Shown piece after piece: positions 38,938-48,546 of a stretch of 62,167 bases of DNA (positions are counted from its first letter, which is position 1; each line of letters opens with the position of its first letter). Below the pieces are notes generated by a model that saw nothing but the letters and a program-made list of their open reading frames with translations, was not told where the DNA came from and did no database searches. This stretch comes from Chloroflexota bacterium (GTDB lineage: Bacteria > Chloroflexota > Limnocylindria > QHBO01): the NCBI GenBank assembly GCA_039932375.1, contig JBDTQD010000003.1:1-62167 (forward strand), read 5' to 3'. The translations under genes were made by a program, and so were the position numbers.

Positions 38938-39927
38938 ATGGCCCATACCTCACGCCCGGGGGTCGCCCGCCCCGGTCACCTGCTGATCATCGGCGGCGCA
39001 GAGGAGAAGCTTCGGCAGCGGCAGATCCTGTCGCGCTTCGCGTCGCTCGCGGGCGGGTCCGAAGGCCGCGTGGTAATCATCTCGACCGCATCGTCGCTCG
39101 GGGACGAGGCGACCGACCTGTATCGCTCGCTCTTCGGCCAGCTCGGCATCCCGGCAGTCATCGGCGTGCGCCCGATCACCCGCGAAGAGGCGAATGACCC
39201 GGCGCTGGCGGCACAGCTCAACGATGCAACCGGCATCTTCATGACCGGTGGCAACCAGCTGCGCCTGTCGAGCGTGATCGGGGGCACCGCGCTCGGGAAG
39301 GCAATCATCGAGCGGCACCGCCACGGCACGATCGTGGCCGGCACCAGCGCCGGTGCATCCGCCATCAGCAGCCACATGGTCGCCTTCGGCACCAGCGGCA
39401 CGACCCCCAAGCAGCGGATGACCCAGATGAGCGCCGGGCTCGGACTGCTGCCGGGCGTGATCATCGACCAGCACTTCGAGCAGCGGAACCGGATCGGGCG
39501 ACTCCTTGCCTTGATCGCCCAATCCCCGGCCCTGCTCGGGCTCGGCATCGACGAGGACACGGCTGCCCTGGTGAGCCCATCGGGAATCCTGGAAGTGATC
39601 GGCAAGGGATCGGTCACCGTCCTCGATCCAGGCCGGCTCGAGACCGATGCCTACGAGGTGAAGCGCCACCGGCCAATCATGGTCAGCGGCGTCATCCTGC
39701 ACTCACTGCCGAGCGGCTACCGATTCGACCTGCGTCGTCGCCGCCTGCTGGCGCCTTTGCGTGCCGTCCATCTCAGCGAGCGCCAGGAGGCGCGGTTGGA
39801 GGCCGCGGGCAACCAGGCGAGGCGGCTCATCCGGCGGGTGGCGGCCGAAGGGGCCGATGACACCGCCCCCGAGCGCGCCCGGCGTCGCGCGCTGCGCTCG
39901 CATCGCGACGAGGAGGCGAGCGAGTGA
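38938..39927 (+). CDS. cphB: Cyanophycinase
   Basis: IIGGAE, GIFMTGGNQ.RL, GTSAGAS, IIDQHF.QR.R.GRL, GIDEDTA. Confidence 0.95.
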   Translation: MAHTSRPGVARPGHLLIIGGAEEKLRQRQILSRFASLAGGSEGRVVIISTASSLGDEATDLYRSLFGQLGIPAVIGVRPITREEANDPALAAQLNDATGIFMTGGNQLRLSSVIGGTALGKAIIERHRHGTIVAGTSAGASAISSHMVAFGTSGTTPKQRMTQMSAGLGLLPGVIIDQHFEQRNRIGRLLALIAQSPALLGLGIDEDTAALVSPSGILEVIGKGSVTVLDPGRLETDAYEVKRHRPIMVSGVILHSLPSGYRFDLRRRRLLAPLRAVHLSERQEARLEAAGNQARRLIRRVAAEGADDTAPERARRRALRSHRDEEASE

Positions 39928-42740
39928 CCGGGGCGCGGGCCAAGGGCAGCGCCGCGCCGCGAGCTCGCCAACGACCCACCGCCAAGGCCGCGCCGACTGG
40001 CACGCCGCACGGCACCCTGCGCATCATCGAGACGCGCGTGTATCGCGGCCCCAACTACTGGAACTACGAGCCCGCCATCAAGCTGGTGGTCGACCTCGGC
40101 GAGCTGGAGGAGTTCCCGACAAACCTGATCCCAGGCTTCGCGGACGCGCTGCTGGGGTGGCTTCCGGGGGTCGGCCAGCATTCGTGCTCGACCGGTAAGG
40201 CCGGCGGCTTCGCCAAACGCCTGCGCGCCGGGACCTGGGTCGGGCATGTGGCCGAGCACATCGCCCTGCAGCTGCAACGGGACGCCGGCACCGAGGTGGG
40301 TCGCGGCAAGACGCGCGGGACCGGCGAGCCGGGGCAGTACCACGTCGTCTATTCCTACGCGGAGGAGAGTGTTGGGTTGGCCGCCGGGCGGCTGGCGGTC
40401 CGGCTGGTCAATCACCTGGTCGAGCCCGGTCCCGACTTCAACCTCGTGGCAGAGTTCGAGCAGCTGGTCCGGCTGGCGGAGCGCGCAGCCTTCGGGCCGT
40501 CGACCCAGGCGCTGTTGGACGAGGCGAGCCTCCGCGACATCCCGTGGATCCGCCTCAATGACCAGTCGCTCGTCCAGCTGGGCCATGGGGTCCACCAGAA
40601 GCGGATCCGGGCCACCATGACCTCGTACACCAGCTCCCTTGGCGTCGACGTCGCCTCGGACAAGAAGCTCACCAACCAGCTCCTGGCGGGGACCGGCGTG
40701 CCCGTGCCGCGTGCCGAGGTGGTGCGCAACGCGGACGAGGCGGCCGCAGCGGCGGGGCGGATCGGCTACCCGGTGGCGATGAAGCCACTCGACGGCAATC
40801 ACGGCCGCGGCGTGATGCTGAACCTGGCCGACCAGGCGGCCGTCCGTGCCGGCTACGCAGTTGCGCGCGGCGAGTCGCGTTACGGCGGCGTGGTGGTCGA
40901 GAGCTTCCTGACCGGCAACGACTACCGCTGCCTGGTGATCGGCGGGGTGCTGCGGGCGGTCGCGCAGCGCATCCCCGCCCACGTCGACGGCGACGGCAAG
41001 CACACCCTGGGCGAGCTGATCGAGATCACCAACGCCGATCCCCGCCGCGGAATCGGGCACGAGAAGGTGCTGACGCGCATCGGCGTCGACGAGGAGTCGA
41101 TCAGCTACGCCACCGAGCAGGGGTTCGCGCTGACCGACGTCCCCCCGGCCGAGACGCGCGTCTTCCTGAAGCGGACCGGCAACATGAGCACCGGCGGGAT
41201 CAGCATCGACCGGACCGAGGAGATCCATCCGGAGAACGCCGAGATCGCCGAGCTGGCGGCAAGGGTAGTTGGGCTGGACATCGCCGGCATCGACTTCATC
41301 TGCCCCGATATCAGTGTCCCGGTACGCGAGACAGGGGGCGGGATCGTCGAGGTCAACGCCGCGCCTGGCTTCCGGATGCATACCCACCCAACCGAAGGCG
41401 AGGCGCAGTACGTGGCCAAGCCGGTGGTCGACATGCTCTTCCCACCCGGATCGGCCTCGCGCATCCCGATCGTGGCCGTCACCGGCAGCAACGGCAAGAC
41501 CACGACCGCCCGGATGATCTCGCACATCTTCAAGGGGATGGGGCGCAAGGTCGGGATGACCAGCACCGATGGAATCTTCGTCGACGGGCGCCTGATCCGG
41601 CGCGGCGACATGAGCGGGCCGAAGTCTGCCTCGACGGTGCTCCAGAACCCGAGCGTCGAGATGGCGGTCTTCGAGGTGGCCCGAGGCGGCATCCTGCGCG
41701 AAGGGCTGGGGTACGACCGCAACGACGTGGCGGTCGTGTTGAACGTCACCGGCGACCACCTGGGGCTCGGCGGGATCTCCTCGATCAAGCAGCTGGCCGC
41801 CGTCAAGCAGGTGCTGGTCGAGGCGGTGCCGCGCGACGGTACGGCCGTCCTCAACGCGGACGATCCGTTGGTCGCCGCCATGGGACGCCACTGCTCGGGA
41901 TCGGTCATGTACTTCAGCATGGATCCGAACAACGAGTTGGTTCGCCGCCAGGCGAGCCGCGGCCGCCGAGCGGTGACAGTCGAGCCGGGGCGCAACGGAG
42001 AGATGATCGTGCTCCGCCACGGCCGGAAGAGCATGCCGCTGGTCTGGACCCATCTGCTGCCAGCGACCTTCGAGGGGCGTGCGCGGATGAACGTCCAGAA
42101 CTCGCTCGCCGCCGCCGCAGCGGCCTGGGCCGCCGGCGCGCACCTGCACGACATTCGCCAGGGGCTGCGTACTTTCACCACCAGCTACTTCATGGCGCCC
42201 GGACGCCTGAACATGTTCGAGCTCGACGGCTACCGCGTGGTCGTCGACTATGCCCACAACCCGCCCGCCGTGGCGGCCCTCGGCGAGTTCGTCGATCGCC
42301 TCAGCGAACCGTCAAGCGGCGGGCGGCGGGCGCTCGTCAGCGGGCAACGGATCGGGGTGATGGCGACCGCCGGCGACCGGCGCGACGAGGACATCGCCGA
42401 GCTGGGACGTGTCGCCGCCGCCTACTTCGACACGATCGTCGTGCGCGAGGATGCGAACCCGCGCGGCCGTGCGCCGGGAGAGACGGCGGCGCTCATCGAG
42501 CAGGGGGTGCGCGCCGCCATGGCCGCTGGCGCGCGCTGCACAGCCGTCGAGACGGTGCTGGATGAGCTGGACGCGACTCGCCACGCGCTCGACATGGGCC
42601 GCGAGGGCGACGTTATCGTCGTCTGCGTCGACCACGCCAACAGCGTCTGGAAGGAGCTGCAGCGCAGGCAGCACGGTGGCTCGGCGGTGACCGACGTCGC
42701 CGTCGCCGAGGAGATGGTCGCGCTCGAGGTCGACAGCTAG
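39924..42740 (+). CDS. cphA: Cyanophycin synthetase (CphA1 type: N, ATP-grasp and Mur-like domains)
   Basis: YRGPNYW, H.C...GGF...GT..GHVAEH, KPLDGNHGRGV, EVNAAPG.RMH, VTGSNGKTTT, EVARGG, DYAHN. Confidence 0.96.
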   Translation: MTGARAKGSAAPRARQRPTAKAAPTGTPHGTLRIIETRVYRGPNYWNYEPAIKLVVDLGELEEFPTNLIPGFADALLGWLPGVGQHSCSTGKAGGFAKRLRAGTWVGHVAEHIALQLQRDAGTEVGRGKTRGTGEPGQYHVVYSYAEESVGLAAGRLAVRLVNHLVEPGPDFNLVAEFEQLVRLAERAAFGPSTQALLDEASLRDIPWIRLNDQSLVQLGHGVHQKRIRATMTSYTSSLGVDVASDKKLTNQLLAGTGVPVPRAEVVRNADEAAAAAGRIGYPVAMKPLDGNHGRGVMLNLADQAAVRAGYAVARGESRYGGVVVESFLTGNDYRCLVIGGVLRAVAQRIPAHVDGDGKHTLGELIEITNADPRRGIGHEKVLTRIGVDEESISYATEQGFALTDVPPAETRVFLKRTGNMSTGGISIDRTEEIHPENAEIAELAARVVGLDIAGIDFICPDISVPVRETGGGIVEVNAAPGFRMHTHPTEGEAQYVAKPVVDMLFPPGSASRIPIVAVTGSNGKTTTARMISHIFKGMGRKVGMTSTDGIFVDGRLIRRGDMSGPKSASTVLQNPSVEMAVFEVARGGILREGLGYDRNDVAVVLNVTGDHLGLGGISSIKQLAAVKQVLVEAVPRDGTAVLNADDPLVAAMGRHCSGSVMYFSMDPNNELVRRQASRGRRAVTVEPGRNGEMIVLRHGRKSMPLVWTHLLPATFEGRARMNVQNSLAAAAAAWAAGAHLHDIRQGLRTFTTSYFMAPGRLNMFELDGYRVVVDYAHNPPAVAALGEFVDRLSEPSSGGRRALVSGQRIGVMATAGDRRDEDIAELGRVAAAYFDTIVVREDANPRGRAPGETAALIEQGVRAAMAAGARCTAVETVLDELDATRHALDMGREGDVIVVCVDHANSVWKELQRRQHGGSAVTDVAVAEEMVALEVDS

Positions 42741-44353
42741 GCGCCGACCATCGTTCGCAGGCGGTCCAGGTCGACCGACCGGAAGCCTTCCTCCTCGAGC
42801 CAGGCGAAGATATCGGGGCGCTCGACGTGGCTCATCACGGCCGCCACGTCGCCCCGCCGCGATCGCGCCAGCAGGGCCTGCAGCGCGCTGAGCTCGGTGT
42901 CGATGGTCGCAACCTCACGGGTGTAGCCCGCCTCGGCAATTCCTTCTCGCAGGATGGCGTTCATCTCGTTGAGGTCGCGGCCGCGCAGGTAGTGGCGCTT
43001 CTCGCTGATCACCACGTCATCGGCGGTCCCGGCCAGCTCGCCGAGGTTGTGGAGGATCTCATCGGTCCTGTCGCCAGCGGTTCCGACCGCCAGCCGCACC
43101 TTTCCCCTGCGACCCCGGCCCGGCGCAGAAGCGAGCATGCGGCAGACCTCCAGGAGGCCTGACAGCCCCGCCTCGTTGTGCGCGAAGTCGACGATTGCCA
43201 GCACGCCATCGCGCTCGTACAGGTTCAGTCGTCCCGGATTCGCGGCGCTGTCCTGCGCGAAGGAGCGCAGGCCGGCCGCGATCTGGTCATGGTCGATCCC
43301 GAGGGCGTCGCTGGCTGCTGCCGCGGCGAGCGCGTTCGCAACGTTGTACTGCGACAGGCCGGCGAAGGTCACCGGCAGATCGACCGCGCGCGCCAGGCGC
43401 CGCGGCGGACGGCCTGCCGCCAGGAGGACGAGCCAGCCGCGCTGCAGGACGGCAGCGCGCCCGCCTCGATCGAGCGCGTCCTCGACCTGGGGAAGGGTCG
43501 GATCGAGGCTGAAGGGGTACCAGCGCGCCTTCGTCTGGCGCCGCATGGCCCACACCAACGGATCCGCGGCGTTGAGGACGGCCCAGCCGGTGCGACGGGT
43601 GATGCGCACGACGGCGGCTTTGACATCGGCAAGCTCGTCGAGCGTGTCGATCCCCTGCAGGCCGAGGTGATCGGCACTGACATTGGTGACCACCGCGACG
43701 TCGTTGGCCGAGTAGCCGATCCCCCGCAGCAGGATGCCGCCCCGCGCCGTCTCCAGCGCGGCGAGGTCGAGCCCGGGCTCATTGAGCACCCTCGCCGCAC
43801 CGCCGAATCCGGTCCAGTCTCCGGCCTCGACCAGCTCGCCGCGCAGGTAGATGCCGTCCGAGTTGGTCATCCCAGTCCGGAGTCCCGCCGACTCGGCGAT
43901 ATGGGCGATCAGGCGAGTCGTGGTGCTCTTGCCGTTGGTGCCGGTGATCGCAACGATTGGCACGCGAGGGCGCACGAGCTGGGGCCGCGGGCCGGAGGCG
44001 ATCGCGCGCAGGGCTCGCAGCTCGCGTCGTTCGGTCGAGTGCCCGAGCGCCAGGCGGGCTGCAGCGGCCGCGATCGACTGCGCGATCGTGCGCCGACGCC
44101 AGGCGAAGGCGAGCGACACTCGCGTATGGTCGGCCGAGGGCCGCACGACCATGCGTGGAGCAGGCAGGTCAAGGGCGACGTGCAGCCTGCGCACCGCCAA
44201 CCCCGCGGTGGCCGCCACATCGGACGCGAGGCCGGGCACGTCGGCCCCGAAGTCGAGCTTGATGGCGGGCCGCGTCAGGAAACGGTTCGGACCGTCGAGG
44301 ACGCGAAGCTCGAGCAGCTCGGCCGCGGCCGGCGACGGCGGGACCTTTGGCAT
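42737..44353 (-). CDS. CphA-like Mur-ligase protein lacking the ATP-grasp domain
   Basis: ELRVLDGPN (N-domain start), then directly VPIVAITGTNGKSTT, ETARGGILLRG, NVSADHLG, PGRLN, DFAHN. Confidence 0.85.
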   Translation of the reverse strand: MPKVPPSPAAAELLELRVLDGPNRFLTRPAIKLDFGADVPGLASDVAATAGLAVRRLHVALDLPAPRMVVRPSADHTRVSLAFAWRRRTIAQSIAAAAARLALGHSTERRELRALRAIASGPRPQLVRPRVPIVAITGTNGKSTTTRLIAHIAESAGLRTGMTNSDGIYLRGELVEAGDWTGFGGAARVLNEPGLDLAALETARGGILLRGIGYSANDVAVVTNVSADHLGLQGIDTLDELADVKAAVVRITRRTGWAVLNAADPLVWAMRRQTKARWYPFSLDPTLPQVEDALDRGGRAAVLQRGWLVLLAAGRPPRRLARAVDLPVTFAGLSQYNVANALAAAAASDALGIDHDQIAAGLRSFAQDSAANPGRLNLYERDGVLAIVDFAHNEAGLSGLLEVCRMLASAPGRGRRGKVRLAVGTAGDRTDEILHNLGELAGTADDVVISEKRHYLRGRDLNEMNAILREGIAEAGYTREVATIDTELSALQALLARSRRGDVAAVMSHVERPDIFAWLEEEGFRSVDLDRLRTMVGA

Positions 44354-44423
44354 GGCGCCGAGTATAGGATCGGGGTGTGGACCATCCGCGCCCCTCGGCC
44401 TTCCTTCGCTAGACTCGACGACA

Positions 44424-45596
44424 ATGCCCACGGTCGACACCGTCACGCTCCAGACCGCCGTCGCCGCGCGCTATTCCCGCTACCTTGCGGAGCTCGAGGG
44501 TCTCGTCAATCTCGACTGCGGGTCCTACACCCCGGTCGGCGTGAACGCGGTTGCGGACGTCGTCTCCGCCTCGCTTGCAGAGCTCGGCGCGCAGGTGGAG
44601 CGGATCCCCCACCAGCCGCAATCGGGTCAGCCGGCGCTCGGTGACCTGGTGGTCGGTCACCTCGAGGAGGGTGGCCCTCGCCTGCTGCTGATCGGGCACA
44701 TGGACACCGTCTTCGGGGAGGGGACAGCGGCGGCTCGCCCCTTCCGAACCGATCGCGATCGGGCGCTCGGCCCTGGGGTGAGCGATATGAAGGGCGGGCT
44801 GCTGGCAGGCCTGCACGCGATCGCCGCGCTGCACGAGGCGGGCTTCCGGCCCAGTGTCACCTTCGTCGCCAACCCCGATGAGGAGATCGGCTCCCCGTTC
44901 AGCACGCCCCGCATACGCGAGCTCGCCGGCCAGCACGACGCCGCACTGGTGCTCGAGTGCGCCCGCGCCAACGGCGACATCGTCAGTGCCCGCAAGGGGA
45001 TCGCCGACTTCGAGATCCGCCTCACCGGCCGTGCCGCTCATGCAGGCGTCGAGCCGGAGAAGGGCCGCAGCGCAATCCTCGAAGCGGCTCGCCAGGTGAT
45101 CGCGCTGCACGGATTGAACAGCCGCTGGCCAAGCGTGACGCTCAACGTCGGCGTGATCGAGGGCGGCAGCCGTCCCAACGTGGTGGCTGAGGCGTGCCGC
45201 CTCGAGGTCGACCTGCGCGCGGCGACCGTCGACGAGCTCGAGCTGGCCGCGGCCGAGGTGCGCAGCCTCGTCACGCACACGACGGTGGACGGGGTCGCCG
45301 TGGAGCTGACGCGCCTCGCGTATCACCCGCCCATGGAGCGCACGCCCCCATCTGCTCGCCTGGCAGCACTCGCCTCGACCATCGCCGGCGAGCTCGGGTT
45401 CATCGTCCACGATGCAGCGACCGGTGGCGCCAGCGACGCCAACACGACCTCGGCCGCCGGCCTTCCATCTCTCGACGGGCTGGGCCCCGTCGGGGGCGAC
45501 GATCACTCCATCGAGGAGTGGCTCGACCTCACCAGCGTGGTGCCGCGGACGACCCTGCTGGCGAGCCTGATGGCCCGTATCGGCGAGGCGCTGTAG
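44424..45596 (+). CDS. M20 family metallopeptidase (glutamate carboxypeptidase-like)
   Basis: GHMDTVF, GPGVSDMKGG, DEEIGS, AAHAG..PEKGRSA, GGASDAN, DGLGP.GG..HS..E; TAGACT at 44410-44415. Confidence 0.92.
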   Translation: MPTVDTVTLQTAVAARYSRYLAELEGLVNLDCGSYTPVGVNAVADVVSASLAELGAQVERIPHQPQSGQPALGDLVVGHLEEGGPRLLLIGHMDTVFGEGTAAARPFRTDRDRALGPGVSDMKGGLLAGLHAIAALHEAGFRPSVTFVANPDEEIGSPFSTPRIRELAGQHDAALVLECARANGDIVSARKGIADFEIRLTGRAAHAGVEPEKGRSAILEAARQVIALHGLNSRWPSVTLNVGVIEGGSRPNVVAEACRLEVDLRAATVDELELAAAEVRSLVTHTTVDGVAVELTRLAYHPPMERTPPSARLAALASTIAGELGFIVHDAATGGASDANTTSAAGLPSLDGLGPVGGDDHSIEEWLDLTSVVPRTTLLASLMARIGEAL

Positions 45597-45660
45597 GCGC
45601 ACCGGACGACCAGCCCCGAATCCCCATCGGCCGGATGGCCCGTTGTAGAATCGCCATCCC

Positions 45661-46098
45661 GTGAACGACGACTACCGCCACCGCACGCGCGTCGAGGTGA
45701 TCTTTCGTGACATCGATTCCTACGGTCACGTCAACAACGCGGTGACCTCGACCTACATCGAGCAGGCGCGCGTGACCTACATGCGGGATGTCCTCGGCAC
45801 AGATCCGATCGGCGGCATGCCCCTGATCCTGGCGATGATCAAGATCGACTACATCGCGCCGATCTTCTTCGCCGACACGGTCGAGATCGGGACGCGGGTC
45901 GACTGGGTGGGCCGCAGCAGCTTCGGGATGTCGCACCTCCTGCGCGGCACCAATGCCCGTGAGCTGGCCAGGGCATCGGGCGTGCTGGTGCACTACGACT
46001 ACGCCGCCGCGAGGCCAAGCCCGGTGCCAAATGACTGGCGTCAGGCCCTGGTCGCCCACGAGGGGCGCTCACTGGAGCGCCCGGCGGCCGGCCCATGA
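45661..46098 (+). CDS. Acyl-CoA thioesterase (hotdog fold)
   Basis: FRDIDSYGHVNNA...TYIEQAR. Confidence 0.9.
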   Translation: MNDDYRHRTRVEVIFRDIDSYGHVNNAVTSTYIEQARVTYMRDVLGTDPIGGMPLILAMIKIDYIAPIFFADTVEIGTRVDWVGRSSFGMSHLLRGTNARELARASGVLVHYDYAAARPSPVPNDWRQALVAHEGRSLERPAAGP

Positions 46099-47513
46099 GC
46101 GAGGCGCAGCAGTTCGACCTGCTGATCCTGGGCGGCGGGATGAGCTACGTGGGCGCCATTCGCGCCGCGCAGCTCGGGATGAAGGTCGGGCTGATCGAGC
46201 GTGATCGGCTCGGCGGCACCTGCCTGAACCGCGGCTGCATCCCGACCAAGGCGATGCTCGAGACGGCCGACCTCCTGCACCGGGTGACGGCCCAGGGCGC
46301 TGAGTTCGGGCTCGTCGGCGCCGAGAGCGTGACCCTCGACTATCCGGCCCTCGGCCGGCGCCGCGACGCGGTGGTCGAGAAGCACGTCAAGGGCGTCGAA
46401 TTCCTGATGAAGAAGAACAAGGTGACCGTGCTGCGCGGCAACGGGACGCTCACGGGCCCGACCAGCGTCATGGTGACCGGAGGCGAGTCCGGCGACGTCG
46501 ACGCCAGCGGGACGGACCTGATCCTGGCCACCGGCTCGGCGCCGCGCAGCCTGCCGGGGCTCGACGTCGACGGCGAGCTGATCATCACGTCGGACGAGGC
46601 GCTGCTGCGCGAGGGACTGCCGGCGCGGGTCGCCATCGTCGGCGCCGGCGCGATTGGGGTCGAGTGGGCCAGCCTCTACGGCGACCTCGGCGCGGAGGTG
46701 CACCTGGTCGAGTACCTCGACCGCATCGTGCCCCTCGAGGACCCCGACGTCAGCAAGGAGCTGACCCGCATCTTCAAGAAGCGGGGCATGAAGATCTACC
46801 CCTCCGCCACGATCGACCCCACCAGCATCGAGCGGACGAAGGGCGGCCTCCACTTTGCCGTCGCAGGCCGCGACACCGAGACGCGGGTCGAGATGGAGAC
46901 GGACATCATCCTGGTGGCGGTCGGGCGACGGCCGCTGACCGACGGGATCGGACTGGAGGGGATCCCGGGCGTGACCGTCGAGCGCGGATTCGTGAAGGTC
47001 AACGGCTTCATGCAAACGGGCGTGCCGCACCTGTACGCGATCGGGGACATCGTGCCGGGCTACGCGCTGGCACACGTCGCGAGCCACGAGGCGATCGTTG
47101 CGGTCGAGACGATCGCTGGCAAGGAGCCAGAGCCCGTGCGCATGGATCTGATGCCGCGGGTCACCTTCTGCCGGCCAGAGATCGCCTCGGTTGGCATGAC
47201 CGAGGCGCAGGCAACTGATGCCGGCCTCGCGGTCAAGGTCGGCTCCTTTCCCTTCCGCGCGCTGGGGAAGGCCACCATCGTGGGCGAGACGGATGGCTTC
47301 GCCAAGCTCGTCGCTGACGCCTCCACAGGGGTCCTGCTCGGAGCGCACTTGATCGGCCCGCACGCGGGCGACCTGCTTGCCGAGCCGACGCTGGCGCGGC
47401 TGCTGGAAGGGACCGCCGCCGAGATCGCGATGTCAGTGCACGCGCACCCGACCCTGACCGAGGTCCTGGCCGAGGCGGCGATGGCCGTCGACGGCGCAGC
47501 GATCCATGTCTGA
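46095..47513 (+). CDS. lpdA: Dihydrolipoyl dehydrogenase (E3)
   Basis: GGTCLNRGCIPTK, GAGAIG, AIGD, HAHPTL.E. Confidence 0.97.
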   Translation: MSEAQQFDLLILGGGMSYVGAIRAAQLGMKVGLIERDRLGGTCLNRGCIPTKAMLETADLLHRVTAQGAEFGLVGAESVTLDYPALGRRRDAVVEKHVKGVEFLMKKNKVTVLRGNGTLTGPTSVMVTGGESGDVDASGTDLILATGSAPRSLPGLDVDGELIITSDEALLREGLPARVAIVGAGAIGVEWASLYGDLGAEVHLVEYLDRIVPLEDPDVSKELTRIFKKRGMKIYPSATIDPTSIERTKGGLHFAVAGRDTETRVEMETDIILVAVGRRPLTDGIGLEGIPGVTVERGFVKVNGFMQTGVPHLYAIGDIVPGYALAHVASHEAIVAVETIAGKEPEPVRMDLMPRVTFCRPEIASVGMTEAQATDAGLAVKVGSFPFRALGKATIVGETDGFAKLVADASTGVLLGAHLIGPHAGDLLAEPTLARLLEGTAAEIAMSVHAHPTLTEVLAEAAMAVDGAAIHV

Positions 47514-48546
47514 GACGGATGGAATGATGGCCGATACCAAGCAGGCGCAGGCGCTGGGGCACAAGGAGCTCGGCCTCACAGATGACGAGGTGCTGGGGAT
47601 GTACCGCCAGATGCTGCTGGCGCGCGCGGTCGACGAGCGGATGTGGTTGATGCAACGGGCCGGAAAGATCGCCTTCATCATCTCGGGCCAGGGCCACGAG
47701 GCGGCACAGGTCGCGACGGCCTGGCCGATGCGCCACAACGTGGACTGGATGGCCCCCTACTACCGCTCGATCGCTTCAGCGCTGACCTTCGGGATGAGCG
47801 TCGAGGACATCATCACGGCACACCTTGCCAAGGGAGACGACGTCTCGTCGGGAGGCCGTCAGATGCCGGGCCACTACGGTGCGGCGCGCTACAACATCGT
47901 CTCGCTCAGCTCGCCGGTGGGGACCCAGGTCCTGCATGCGGTCGGGATCGCGATGGGAGCCTGGGTGCGGGGCGACGACGTGGTGGCGATCACCTCGTTC
48001 GGCGAGGGGACGAGCAACCAGGGCGAGGTCCACGAGGCGATGAACTTCGCCGGCGTGCACAAGCTGCCAGTCATCTTCGTGTGCGAGAACAACGGCTATG
48101 CGATCAGCGTGCCGCTGGCGCAGCAGGTCGGCGGGCTGTCCGTTGCTGCTCGCGCCAACGGGTACGGCTTCCCGGGGGTGACGGTCGACGGCGGCGATCC
48201 ACTGGCCTGCTATGCGGCGGCCAGGGATGCACACGAGCGCGCCCGGCGCGGCGAGGGGCCGACCCTGATCGAGGCGGTGGTGGTGCGCATGACCAGCCAC
48301 TCGTCGGACGACGACCAGCGCCGCTACCGGGAAGCGGGCGAGGTCGAGACGCTGAAGGAGCAGGACCCGATCCTCCTTTTTGGGAACCGCCTGCTGGCCG
48401 CCGGCCTCCTGACCGAGGCGCGCGACGACGAGCTGCGGGCCGAGGTGAAGGCGGAGATCAACGCCGCCTCGCAGCGCGCCGAGGCGAGGCCGGATCCGGA
48501 TCCAGCCACCGCCGAGCAGCACGTCTACGCCGAGGACGCGGGCTGA
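47506..48546 (+). CDS. 2-oxoacid dehydrogenase E1 alpha (branched-chain type)
   Basis: SGQGHEA, GGRQMPGH, FGEGTSNQG..HEAMNFA, CENN, HSSDDD. Confidence 0.93.
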   Translation: MSETDGMMADTKQAQALGHKELGLTDDEVLGMYRQMLLARAVDERMWLMQRAGKIAFIISGQGHEAAQVATAWPMRHNVDWMAPYYRSIASALTFGMSVEDIITAHLAKGDDVSSGGRQMPGHYGAARYNIVSLSSPVGTQVLHAVGIAMGAWVRGDDVVAITSFGEGTSNQGEVHEAMNFAGVHKLPVIFVCENNGYAISVPLAQQVGGLSVAARANGYGFPGVTVDGGDPLACYAAARDAHERARRGEGPTLIEAVVVRMTSHSSDDDQRRYREAGEVETLKEQDPILLFGNRLLAAGLLTEARDDELRAEVKAEINAASQRAEARPDPDPATAEQHVYAEDAG

